This document shows positions 1 to 8,709 of a DNA stretch of 32,000 nt, one piece after another. The notes beneath the pieces are model-generated. The model was not told the DNA's origin and made no database searches. It saw only the letters and a list, made by a program, of their open reading frames with translations. Within the stretch, counting starts at the first letter, position 1. Each line of letters begins with the position of its first letter. Origin of the DNA: Paracoccus suum. Its GTDB lineage: Bacteria; Pseudomonadota; Alphaproteobacteria; Rhodobacterales; Rhodobacteraceae. Location of the stretch: the NCBI RefSeq assembly GCF_003324675.1, contig NZ_CP030918.1, positions 2,700,001-2,732,000 of the forward strand. Direction: 5' to 3'. Position numbers and translations under genes: made by a program.

Positions 1-261
1 GGCATCGACGACGATCACGTCGCCGGGCTGGGCCATGTCGATCGCCTTGTGCAGCATCAGGTTGTCGCCCGGCCGCGATTTCACAGTCAGCGCCGGGCCG
101 GCGAGTGTGCCGTCCTGGTGCATGCGGGTCAGCCGGGGACCGGCGGCGGTCATCCGCCTCATGGCATCGCTGACATTGGCGACCGGCAGTGCGCGGAATT
201 GCGCGACCAGCTCGGGCGTGACGGCGCGGTTGCGGGTCAGAATGCGGAAACCGATGGTCAT
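1..261 (-). CDS. RraA-family / 4-hydroxy-4-methyl-2-oxoglutarate aldolase-like protein (5' part only, gene runs off the left edge)
   Basis: Absent from the ORF track because the window edge truncates it. My reverse-complement translation from ATG 261..259 gives MTIGFRILTRNRAVTPELVAQFRALPVANVSDAMRRMTAAGPRLTRMHQDGTLAGPALTVKSRPGDNLMLHKAIDMAQPGDVIVVDA. This carries RraA/HMG-aldolase-type motifs (ANVSDAM, TVK..PGDN, PGDV.VVD). Its start overlaps the stop of the upstream gene as ATGA (258..261). Confidence 0.7.
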   Translation of the reverse strand, partial: MTIGFRILTRNRAVTPELVAQFRALPVANVSDAMRRMTAAGPRLTRMHQDGTLAGPALTVKSRPGDNLMLHKAIDMAQPGDVIVVDA

Positions 262-1262
262 CTAAGTCCCTTTAAGGAGGTGGCGGGCGCAAGCGCCGCG
301 CGGTTGGCAATACGGGCGGGCGGCAGGTCGCGCCCGGCCAAGTGGTCGATGATTCCCTGTGCGGCTTCGATGCCGACGCGGGCATTTGCCGCCGTGGTCA
401 CGCCGCCGACATGCGGTGTCATGACCAGCCGCGGTTCGGCCCAGAAGGGATGTTCGGCGGCCGGCGGTTCCTGCGCGAAACTGTCCAGCCCGGCCCCGGC
501 GATCTGACCCTTGGCGAGGGCCGCAGCGAGCGCCGCCTCGTCGATCAGCGCTCCGCGGGCGGTGTTGACGATGATCGCGTCGGGCTTCATCATCGCCAGG
601 CGGCGGGCGTCGATCAGGTTGCGAGTGGCATCGGTCAGCGGCGAATGCAGGCTGATCACATCTGCCTCGGTTACCAGCGCATCGACATCATGGACCCGGC
701 GGACGCCCGCAGCCTCCATTGCCTCGGCCGGGCAGAAGGGGTCATAGGCGATGACGGTCATTCCCAACGCCTGCGCGATGCGCGCCGTGTGCCGGGCGAT
801 CGCGCCGAACGCCACCAGCCCAAGGGTCGAGCCAGCGATCTCGCGGCCCTTGAAGCCGGCCTTTTCCCAGCGTCCCTCGCGCAGCCCGCGGTCCAGCGGC
901 ACCAGCCGCTTGCCCACCGCCAGCAGCAGCGCGATGGCATGTTCCGCGACCGACAAGGCGTTAGCGCCGGTGGCCATCAGCACCGGGATTCCCCGCTCGC
1001 CCGCGGCGGCCAAGTCAATGTTGTCCACCCCCACGCCGTGCTTGGAAATCACCTGAAGCGACGGAGCGCAGTCCATGGTGGCCGCATCCAGCCGGCCCAT
1101 GCGTGAAATGATCCCTACAGGATCGGCGGCACGAACGATCTCTGTCAGACCCTCGCCGCCCGTGTAGGGCGGTACATAGACCGGCGTCAGACCGGCAGAC
1201 GTCAGCAGGTCGACCGCAGGCGCGACAAGGTCGGGCCCGGTGATCAGGACGTTCTTCGGCAT
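258..1262 (-). CDS. D-isomer-specific 2-hydroxyacid dehydrogenase family (phosphoglycerate/glyoxylate reductase-like), NAD-binding
   Basis: 334-aa ORF. Nucleotide-binding segment TLGLVAFGAIARHTA, then MKPDAIIVNTARGALID and TPHVGG, typical of this family. GGGGAGAA lies just upstream of ATG 1262. Confidence 0.85.
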   Translation of the reverse strand: MPKNVLITGPDLVAPAVDLLTSAGLTPVYVPPYTGGEGLTEIVRAADPVGIISRMGRLDAATMDCAPSLQVISKHGVGVDNIDLAAAGERGIPVLMATGANALSVAEHAIALLLAVGKRLVPLDRGLREGRWEKAGFKGREIAGSTLGLVAFGAIARHTARIAQALGMTVIAYDPFCPAEAMEAAGVRRVHDVDALVTEADVISLHSPLTDATRNLIDARRLAMMKPDAIIVNTARGALIDEAALAAALAKGQIAGAGLDSFAQEPPAAEHPFWAEPRLVMTPHVGGVTTAANARVGIEAAQGIIDHLAGRDLPPARIANRAALAPATSLKGLR

Positions 1263-1335
1263 TAATTCTCCCCTTCGCGGCGGATGCAGCCGTCAAGGGG
1301 GACATTACGTCACTAGATATTCTGGACGCCAACGG

Positions 1336-1372
1336 CTAATTTTAATTCTTAAATGAAGGAACACTTAATTAG
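1336..1372. promoter_or_regulatory. AT-rich divergent promoter region with candidate LysR-type dyads
   Basis: Only AT-rich patch between the divergent genes. CTAATT (1336..1341) and AATTAG (1367..1372) are inverted. An inner ATTT-N8-AAAT dyad (1339..1354) fits a loose T-N11-A box. No experimental or comparative support. Confidence 0.3.
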
Positions 1373-2244
1373 TGGATACCCGTCAGCTGAAAACCTTGTT
1401 GGCCATCGTCGAAACCGGCGGCTTCGCCAGGGCGGCCGAAAAGGTGCACCTCACGCCCTCGGCCATCAGCCAGCAGGTCCAGGCGCTGGAACAGGAAATC
1501 GGCGCCGCGCTGTTCGACCGCACCAGCCGCCCGCCGCGCCTGACGGCGGCCGGCCAGCAGATGCTCGAGACGGCGCGCGAGGTCCTACAACTGACAGAAA
1601 CCGCGCTTGACGCTATATCCGGGCGTCGCCTGATCGGCACACTGTCGCTAGGGTCGGTACGGACCAGCGCGCTTTCGCTGCTGCCCCGCGCAATCGTCGC
1701 ACTGCGCGATGCCCGTCCCGGCCTGCGGGTCAAGCTGCGCGTCGGCCTGTCCGATGGACTGCTGCTGGACGTGGCGGCGGGCCGTCTGGACGCGGCAATG
1801 GTCGCCGAGCATCTACGCCTGCCGCCTGGCCTGCGCTGGCGCCCGTTCCTGTCCGAACCGCTGCTGGTGATCGCGCCGCCGGACTATCCCCTGATGACCG
1901 CCGAGGACTACCTGCGCAACTGCCCCTTCATCCGATTCGGCAGCAACGTGCCTCTTGCCCACATCATCGACCAAGAACTCAGCCGGCTGGACATCCGGCT
2001 GAACGAGGTCGCCGAGATCGACACCATAGCCTCGATCACCGCCTGCGTGGCCGGGGGGCTGGGCGTGTCAATAGTGCCGCGGGTGGCACTGCTGGACAGT
2101 CCCGCACCATTGCGCGCGGCGCCATTCGGTCCGCCGGACCTGCGCCGCCAGATCGGGCTCGTGCACCAGCCGCACAGCAGCCGGATCCTGCTCATCGACG
2201 AACTGCATGACCGTTTGGTCGGCTTGGGCAGCAGAAGCATTTAG
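1372..2244 (+). CDS. LysR-family transcriptional regulator
   Basis: 290 aa, GTG start. The N-terminal HTH LKTLLAIVETGGFARAAEKVHLTPSAISQQVQALEQEIG is textbook LysR. Divergent from the dehydrogenase operon. Confidence 0.9.
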   Translation: MDTRQLKTLLAIVETGGFARAAEKVHLTPSAISQQVQALEQEIGAALFDRTSRPPRLTAAGQQMLETAREVLQLTETALDAISGRRLIGTLSLGSVRTSALSLLPRAIVALRDARPGLRVKLRVGLSDGLLLDVAAGRLDAAMVAEHLRLPPGLRWRPFLSEPLLVIAPPDYPLMTAEDYLRNCPFIRFGSNVPLAHIIDQELSRLDIRLNEVAEIDTIASITACVAGGLGVSIVPRVALLDSPAPLRAAPFGPPDLRRQIGLVHQPHSSRILLIDELHDRLVGLGSRSI

Positions 2245-2481
2245 TGTCGGGAAGATCTGCGATTTTTGGAGGCTGCAACGGACCATTGGCGGTCTCCCTG
2301 GGCTGACCGTGGCGAGCCGACTGTCGGTTGGCTTGGTCAAATATTGTTGCTCACCACCTTCCGTTGCGCCTCCTCGGTTCCGCCTCGGCATTCTGTCGTA
2401 GTGGTAGCCTATCCCCCTTGATGTCGGCCTGTGGATGACGGCTCCCACGTGTGCAGTCTGGATCAAGTCAGGGGTTGTCGA

Positions 2482-2528
2482 ATCATAACTGGCTAGCTAT
2501 CCGTTACACATAGCTAGCGGGTTATGAT
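2482..2528. promoter_or_regulatory. Near-perfect inverted repeat (19-nt arms, 17/19 complementary, 9-nt spacer) ending 2 nt before the ArsR start codon; candidate ArsR operator or leader hairpin
   Basis: The sequence reads ATCATAACtgGCTAGCTAT-ccgttacac-ATAGCTAGCggGTTATGAT. ATG is at 2531. Confidence 0.5.
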
Positions 2529-2530
2529 TT

Positions 2531-2854
2531 ATGTTGGATTTGCACGATAACCTCTTTCGATCCCTTTCCGATCCGACCCGCAGAGCCATTTTCGAGCGCC
2601 TGTGCCTTGGAGGCGAACAGAATGTTCTGGCGCTGACGGATTTTGCCGGGATCTCACAACCGGCGGTGTCAAAGCATCTCGCCATCCTCAAGCAAGCGGG
2701 CCTTGTCAGCGGGCGGCAGGACGGTCGCCAGACTCGCTATGCTGCGAATGTCGAGGCACTGGCACCGCTGGTCGATTGGACGCGAACCATGAGCCAGTTC
2801 TGGGACGCGAAGCTCGACGAATTTGAAGGTCTTCTGAGGAGGATGGACCAGTGA
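2531..2854 (+). CDS. ArsR/SmtB-family winged-helix transcriptional regulator
   Basis: 107 aa. Contains LSDPTRRAIFERL and ISQPAVSKHLAILKQAGLV, the typical ArsR HTH. Confidence 0.9.
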   Translation: MLDLHDNLFRSLSDPTRRAIFERLCLGGEQNVLALTDFAGISQPAVSKHLAILKQAGLVSGRQDGRQTRYAANVEALAPLVDWTRTMSQFWDAKLDEFEGLLRRMDQ

Positions 2855-3270
2855 CGGAAGACACGAACAACCTGCGCTCGATTTTTAAGGAACGCGAACT
2901 GAGACACCCGCCGGAATATGTCTGGCGTGCGCTGACGCAGGAGCATCTCATCGAGAAATGGCTGATGAAAAGCGATTTCAAGCCTGAGGTCGGCCACCGT
3001 TTCCACCTCGAAGCTGAGTGGGGCAAAGTGTCGTGCGAGGTACTGGCAATCGAACCGCTCAGGACGCTCTCGTATTCCTGGGCGGCGTACGGGTTGGAAA
3101 GCGTTGTGACATGGACCCTGACGGAAACCGCCACCGGCACGCATTTGAAAATGGAGCAATCGGGCTTCGGTCGCGATCAGGATCAGGCCTACTACGGGGC
3201 CAAGGCGGGCTGGGAACAATTTCTCGACCGGCTGGAGGAGGTCGTCGCGAATCTCGATGGTCAGGGCTGA
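2851..3270 (+). CDS. SRPBCC-domain protein (Aha1/START-like)
   Basis: 139 aa. The GTG start overlaps the arsR stop (GTGA 2851..2854) and GAGGAGG lies upstream. Size and sequence style (EWGKVSCEVLAIEP...LSYSW..., WEQFLDRL) fit the common ArsR-SRPBCC gene pair. Confidence 0.75.
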   Translation: MTEDTNNLRSIFKERELRHPPEYVWRALTQEHLIEKWLMKSDFKPEVGHRFHLEAEWGKVSCEVLAIEPLRTLSYSWAAYGLESVVTWTLTETATGTHLKMEQSGFGRDQDQAYYGAKAGWEQFLDRLEEVVANLDGQG

Positions 3271-3647
3271 CGATGAGCATCGCTCGCCGGATACTTCAGG
3301 CGTTGCCCGCGCTGCACACAGCTATCGGGCCGGCTGGGGGCTCATTAACTCTGACCAGGCCGTTCCGACGCTGGCCGCGCTCCCGAATGCTGTCTGGATG
3401 GCTCTGATCCCGCTTGAACTGTCCTGCGCCAGGTCTGGTCATTCCCGGTGGTCGCACTGTCGCCGGGATGGCTCGTGCCGGACGCGGCCACCCCGATCGC
3501 GGTGGACGCCGATCTTCTCCGGCGTTTACCTGCGGGGGCGCCGAGGATAACAGGCCGATGTATCACTGGCTGGGCGTCGCCGTCTGCGCAGTGATCGCGA
3601 TCGGACGGATCTTCGTCGCGCCGAACTCAGTTTGAAGGGAAGCAGGC

Positions 3648-4232
3648 ATGGCAAGTGATCCCGATATCGAAAAACTCCTAAAACAGGAAACTTGGCGGGC
3701 CGAGCGACGCAAGCTGCGCGACATTCTCCTCGATTGCGCCCTCGAGGAACGGGTGAAGTGGGGCAAGCTCTGCTACGCCCACGAAGGCAGAAACGTGGCG
3801 ATCATCTACGGGATGAAAAACTCTTGCGCGGTCGGATTCTTCAAGGGGTCGCTCCTGCGAGATGAGGACGGCGTTCTCGTCCAGCCGGGCAAGCACTCAC
3901 AGGCGATGCGACGGCTTCATTTTAGGAGCCTGGAAGAAATCGAACACGGTGAAGGCACGATCCGGCGCTTCGTCGACCGAGCGATACAGGTGGAGAAAGA
4001 TGGGCTGAAGGTCGAGTTCACCGAAAAGGACGATCTCGACTATCCGGACGAACTACAGAACGCCCTCGACGACGATCTCGAACTGGCGGAAGCCTTCGAG
4101 GAACTGACGCCGGGACGGCAGCGCGGCTGGATGCTCCACTTCTCGGACGCCAAGCAGTCGGAAACGCGGGCGCGCCGCGTGGAAAGAGCTCGGTCGAAGA
4201 TTATCGCGGGGAAAGGTCCCACCGAGCGATAA
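3648..4232 (+). CDS. YdeI/OmpD-associated (DUF1801-like) family protein
   Basis: 194 aa. The C-terminal PGRQRGWMLHFSDAKQSETRARRVERARSKIIAGKG resembles the YdeI-family tail. Function unknown. Confidence 0.6.
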   Translation: MASDPDIEKLLKQETWRAERRKLRDILLDCALEERVKWGKLCYAHEGRNVAIIYGMKNSCAVGFFKGSLLRDEDGVLVQPGKHSQAMRRLHFRSLEEIEHGEGTIRRFVDRAIQVEKDGLKVEFTEKDDLDYPDELQNALDDDLELAEAFEELTPGRQRGWMLHFSDAKQSETRARRVERARSKIIAGKGPTER

Positions 4233-4461
4233 GCGCCATGTTCGGCTGATCCGCGACGAGATTTCGCACCAAATCGATGCCTGGCAACACGCCTCTGCCA
4301 CGAACTCGCCTGTTTCTTTTGCATAATCTTCCCAAGCCTTTGGGACAGCTGGTAGCCCCGCCTTCTGATCATCCGCAATGAGTTGGGCCATCTCAATTTG
4401 CCGAAGCATTCGGTTCATCAGAGCGAGCAACATTCGCCCACCCTGCGACATCCGCACTGAC

Positions 4462-5283
4462 GGCACAGTCAGATAAACTCGGCTTGCCCGAGCGGGAGCG
4501 ATCGCCCGACCCTTCCATATGACCCAACGCCGACCTTTCGATATTTCAAGACGTCGCCCGAGGTCATCCTCCTAGCCGTGATGCTCTGCGTCCAGTTCCC
4601 GCTGTCGCTCAGGAACGTTGAAGACCTCCTAAATGAACGCGGCATCGACATCAGCCACGCGCCGGTGCGCTTCTGGTGGAACTGATTCGGCCCGCTGTTT
4701 GCCGCCAAGATCCGCACGCAGTGCGTGCAGCAACTGCGTGCCGGACCGCAGTGGCGCCGGCAGCCGGACGAAATCTTAGTGAAGATCAAAGGCCGCAGGC
4801 ACTACCTCTGGCGCGCGCGGTTGATCACGAAGGTGAGGTGCGGGAATCCGTGGTGACCAAAACCCGGGATCGCAAGGCCGCGCTGAAGTTTCTCAGAAAA
4901 CTTATACGCCGGTATGGCTCGCCGACCAAGACCGTCACAGACCGTCTCAGTTTCCACGCCGCGGCCTGCGCGAGTTCGGCATGGGGATGAACCAGGACTG
5001 AATACGGCATGCAAACAATCGCGCCGAGAACTCACATCTACCGTTTCGGCGACGGGAGCGAGCGATACTCCGCTTCCCCGGCATGCGAAGCTTGCAGATG
5101 TTCGTCGCCGTTCATGCCTCCTTCTTAAACCACTTCAACCAGGATCGCAGCCTCTCTCACCGCGATCACTTCAAACCTAACCGGACCCCCGCTCTCATTG
5201 AGTGGCGGCAGCTTGGCGCCGCCTGAGGGGGGTCCCGCTGCAACCACTGAGACAAGTTCGCATTCGTCTGACAGCACAACGCC
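4462..5283 (+). mobile_element. IS6-family insertion sequence, full length (about 822 bp) but inactivated
   Basis: Encloses the transposase pseudogene. The candidate imperfect terminal repeats are GGCACAGTCAGATAAACTCGGCTTG (left, from 4462) and the reverse complement of the right end, ..GCTGTCAGACGAATGCGAACTTG (ending 5283). They share GTCAGA and CTTG blocks. The length matches the roughly 0.8-kb IS6 family. End positions are approximate. Confidence 0.55.
4512..5226 (+). pseudogene. IS6-family DDE transposase pseudogene (2 in-frame stops and at least 2 frameshifts)
   Basis: The stitched translation reads FRYFKTSPEVILLAVMLCVQFPLSLRNVEDLLNERGIDISHAPVRFWWN*FGPLFAAKIR...DEILVKIKGRRHYLWRA / VDHEGEVRESVVTKTRDRKAALKFLRKLIRRYG / NNRAENSHLPFRRRERAILRF..MRSLQMFVAVHAS..NHFNQ...EWRQL. 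Lesions: TGA at 4683..4685, a frameshift near 4812..4820, a frameshift near 4960..4970, and TGA at 4999..5001. No start codon is retained. Confidence 0.85.
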
Positions 5284-5607
5284 GGGCCGTTTCAGTTTGA
5301 CGGGTGCTGCACTCAGTCATGGTCGACTGACATCAACACACGCACTGGCCAACTCGGCCAGTGAGGTTATCTCGGCAGCTGGTGGGCTGATTGCGGACAT
5401 CCGGCGACTTTCGCGGCGCCGCGGCGTCTACCTGCACTCATAGGCATTTTGGGATAGACTAGAGTTACACGAGCGGACGTGACTGCGCCGTTGACAGCGA
5501 TTCAGCGCAGCCATTTCCTACTGCAAGACGTGGCCCGAAAACGCCGCTTGCCGTGATGCTCGACCCACACTTCCGCGCGTTATCGCCAGGACTTGCAGCA
5601 ACAGCGT

Positions 5608-5970
5608 GGCAGTCGAGGCTGTCACTGGAGCCGGTACTTGTCGCCGGGCTACGTGACCGGCGAGCGCGCTTCCCGCTACTTCAAGGCCTCGCCAGGCGTC
5701 ATTCGAGTTCCCGTAGTGCTCTACGCCCGCTTCCCGCTCCCCTTGCGGAACGTCGAGACCCTGCTGCATGAACGCGGCATCGACGTTGGCCACCGGATGG
5801 TCCGCTTCTGCTAGAAAAGGGTTGAGGCCCGTCTTCCCCGCCGAAATCCGTATCCGGCATGCCACCCGCCATCGTACCGGTAAGCAGTGGCGATGGCACC
5901 TAGACGAAGTCTTTGTGAAAATCAGCGGGCGCGAGCGTTATCTCCGGCGAGGTGTCGACTGCGAGGGCGC
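5608..5970 (+). mobile_element. Truncated second IS6-family copy (left end plus N-terminal third of the transposase, frameshifted)
   Basis: Reads RYFKASPGVIRVPVVLYARFPLPLRNVETLLHERGIDVGHRMVRF, then after a frameshift PVFPAEIRIR....WRWHLDEVFVKISGRERYL.R.VDCEG. Homology stops near 5970. GGCAGTCGAG at 5608 resembles the left end of the first copy. Same orientation as the first copy. Confidence 0.7.
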
Positions 5971-6017
5971 TCTGCGAGCTTTGAGACTAGCTTGCATTTC
6001 TGGGACAGCACACTGCT

Positions 6018-7028
6018 TCAGCCTCTTTGCGCCGCGGACGGCCATATCATGACGTCCCCTTCGTCAACGTGGAACAGCATCACCTCACCTTCGCCGGGAA
6101 GAGTGGAAACCCGACCGTTGTTCACGACGGCAGTAATCTGTGTATCGCCGACTCGGCCAACGATCTTGGTGCCCGAACCCAGGAAAATCACTGATTCAAT
6201 CGTCGCCGCGATCTCGCGTTGCGATGCTTTTGTTGACGCACCGGGACGCATCACCTCGGGCCGCACACCAATGCGTTTCCCTGCGCTGTCGACGAGGAAG
6301 TTGCACTCGCCAAGGAATCCGGCGACGAAAGGATTGTCGGGGTTAAAGTATAATTCGTGCGGCGTTCCGTGCTGGACGATACGCCCCTGATCCATGATCA
6401 CGATCCGATCCGAAAGGTGCAACGCCTCCTCCTGATCATGAGTTACGTAAATGATCGTCACACCAAGTTCACGATGAAGCGCCTTGAGTTGCAACTGGAT
6501 CGCCTGACGCAAATTCTTGTCCAAGGCACCAAGCGGTTCGTCCATCAAAAGAATGTCGGGATTGATCACGAGTGCCCTGGCTAACGCAACACGTTGTTGC
6601 TGGCCGCCCGACAAGGCCTCGGGGGATTTGTCGGCATAGGGCGTCAGCTCGACCAGCTTCAACACATCATCGACCCGACGGTAAATTTCAGCTGAAGCAA
6701 GGCGGCGCATCTCCAGACCGAAGGCCACGTTGCGACGCACAGACATATGCGGAAACAATGCATAGTTCTGAAACACCATGCCAATGTTTCGCCGTGCTAC
6801 GGGGATTGGCGCAATATCGACGCCGTCGATGCTGATGCTGCCGGAATCGATCTGTTCGAAGCCCGCGATGGCTTTGAGCGTGGTCGTTTTGCCAGACCCT
6901 GATGCACCCAAAAGGGTGCAGAATTCACCCGACCCTATGTCGAGGTCGAGGCCATGAAGGACCCGGGCTGCTCCATAACTCTTGACCAGCGAGCGGATGG
7001 TGACGGCTTTCCCAAGTAGCTCAGGCAT
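6018..7028 (-). CDS. ABC transporter ATP-binding protein (PotA/spermidine-putrescine type)
   Basis: Walker A GASGSGKTT, signature LSGGQQQRVALARAL, Walker B ILLMDEPLGALD. I prefer the start at ATG 7028 (MPELLGK..), preceded by GGAGG, over the track start at 7070. It overlaps the permease stop by 8 nt. Confidence 0.9.
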   Translation of the reverse strand: MPELLGKAVTIRSLVKSYGAARVLHGLDLDIGSGEFCTLLGASGSGKTTTLKAIAGFEQIDSGSISIDGVDIAPIPVARRNIGMVFQNYALFPHMSVRRNVAFGLEMRRLASAEIYRRVDDVLKLVELTPYADKSPEALSGGQQQRVALARALVINPDILLMDEPLGALDKNLRQAIQLQLKALHRELGVTIIYVTHDQEEALHLSDRIVIMDQGRIVQHGTPHELYFNPDNPFVAGFLGECNFLVDSAGKRIGVRPEVMRPGASTKASQREIAATIESVIFLGSGTKIVGRVGDTQITAVVNNGRVSTLPGEGEVMLFHVDEGDVMIWPSAAQRG

Positions 7029-8709
7029 TGGTGGTCCTCCGGGAAAGCAACAGATTGATAAGCAAGACAACGATGGTCAGCAGGATGATGAGCGCAGAGG
7101 CTGCGTTGATTGTGGGATCGATTTCGTGGGCCAACCCCTCATACATCGCGCGTGGCAGTGTTCGCGAACGAACATTCGTCAGGAACAAGGCAAGCACCAC
7201 ATCGTCGAAAGACTGGATGAAGGCGAAAATCGAACCTGCGATAATCCCGGGGGCGATGGCTGGAAGCAAAACCCTGCGGAACATAGTGAGCCAGCTTGCC
7301 CCAAGATTGAGGGCCGCCAGTTCAAGTGAGGGATCGAACCCCTTGAGGGCGGCACGTACAGTCAGGAATACGTAAGGAGCCCCGAGGACCGACTGGGCCA
7401 AGCCCAAGGTATAAGGGTTGCCAAGCACCTTGAACGGGGCCAGCACGTAGTAGAGACCCACCGCCAAAAGAATGATCGGCACGACCATCGGCATGACGAA
7501 CAGGGTGTCTAGCCACACGCGGAAGCGCTGCCGCGTCCGCGAAACCCCCAAGGCAGCTGCAGTGCCAAGGACAACTGACAAGGGCACCGCGATCGACGCG
7601 GCCTTGGCAGAGTTCCAGATGCTTTTGATCCATTTTGGATCGGACAGCAGGTTTTGAAACCATCGGATGCTGTAGCTGTCTGGCGGGAACTTCAGGAAAG
7701 GGGATGAGCTCAGGCTCATTGGAAAGACGATCACGATTGGTGCGATCATGACGAGCAGAACCAGCACGCCGCACAAGGCGGCAACCCAGCCCCCGAATGA
7801 CCTGCCGCCGGCGCCGCCGAAGCTCTGGCTGGCCCCGCGTCCGCCCCCGGCCGAGAAAAGGCGATCCATCCCGAAGGCACGCTGGAACGCAACGAAGATT
7901 CCGAGCGTCAGAACTAGAAGTACTACCGAAAGTGCCGCCGCGATTCCCCAATTCAGGTTGGTGTTGATATTCTGCGCGATGAGCATGGAAACCATGGTCT
8001 GGCCAGGTCCACCCATCAATGCCGGCGTAATATAATAGCCGAGCGCATTCATAAAGACGATGGTGCCGCCGGCGATGACCCCGGAAGCTGTTAGCGGCAG
8101 GACGATCCGTGACGCGAGGGCTCGGTTGTTTGCCCCTAGCCCGGAAGCCGCGAGGATGAGCGAGTTATCGATATTCCGGAACGCGGCGTAGAGCGGCAGC
8201 ACGACGAAGGGCATCAGGACGTGCGTCATACCAATGAGCACACCGGAGAGATTATAGACAAAGGGCAAGGGCTGTTCGATGATCCCGCTCGATGTCAGGA
8301 AGGAATTGAGGATGCCGTTGCGTTGCAGGATGACGATCCATGCCGCTGTGCGAACCAGAGCGCTAGTCCAGAACGGCAGCAACACCATAACGAAAAGGAT
8401 CTTGCGGGTGCGATCGCTGACCGTGGCAAGAAGATAGGCGACGGGATAGCTAAAGAAAATGCAAAGAACCGTAGTTGTGGCCGAAATAAAGAAGGTGTTG
8501 GCGAACACACGTCGGTAGAGCGGCACCTGCGCCAGACGGGTGTAGTTCTCAAGTGTAAAGCCACTCTCGCCGAAGCTCAGCCCCAACAACTGCACGACCG
8601 GCCAGATGAAAAAAGCGAGCAAGAACAGCAGTAACGGGCTGGCAAGCGCCACCGGCAACAGTTCCCGCCTTTGCCACTGCGGCGCGATGCCGGCCTTGGC
8701 GCTCATCAC
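7021..8709 (-). CDS. Fused two-domain ABC transporter permease (PotB-like plus PotC-like halves in one 562-aa polypeptide)
   Basis: Two EAA-type loops (ILAASGLGANNRALASRIVLPL and LELAALNLGASWLTMFRRVLLPAI). They are separated by a Gly-rich linker, SAGGGRGASQSFGGAGGRSFGGW. The start is GTG 8709 or ATG 8706; both overlap the upstream stop. Confidence 0.85.
   Translation of the reverse strand: MMSAKAGIAPQWQRRELLPVALASPLLLFLLAFFIWPVVQLLGLSFGESGFTLENYTRLAQVPLYRRVFANTFFISATTTVLCIFFSYPVAYLLATVSDRTRKILFVMVLLPFWTSALVRTAAWIVILQRNGILNSFLTSSGIIEQPLPFVYNLSGVLIGMTHVLMPFVVLPLYAAFRNIDNSLILAASGLGANNRALASRIVLPLTASGVIAGGTIVFMNALGYYITPALMGGPGQTMVSMLIAQNINTNLNWGIAAALSVVLLVLTLGIFVAFQRAFGMDRLFSAGGGRGASQSFGGAGGRSFGGWVAALCGVLVLLVMIAPIVIVFPMSLSSSPFLKFPPDSYSIRWFQNLLSDPKWIKSIWNSAKAASIAVPLSVVLGTAAALGVSRTRQRFRVWLDTLFVMPMVVPIILLAVGLYYVLAPFKVLGNPYTLGLAQSVLGAPYVFLTVRAALKGFDPSLELAALNLGASWLTMFRRVLLPAIAPGIIAGSIFAFIQSFDDVVLALFLTNVRSRTLPRAMYEGLAHEIDPTINAASALIILLTIVVLLINLLLSRRTTNA

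Noticed and set aside
3273-3635. Small ORFs between the SRPBCC and ydeI-like genes (for example a 45-aa ORF from 3273, and 3414..3635 with a hydrophobic tail)
   Set aside because: They have no RBS, an Arg/Pro-rich composition, and overlapping alternatives in several frames.
4454-5291. 8-bp target-site duplication flanking the IS6 element
   Set aside because: The flanks (gcactgac and gggccgtt) do not match. Either the ends are mis-placed by a few nt, or the copy arose by cointegrate or recombination events that leave no duplication.
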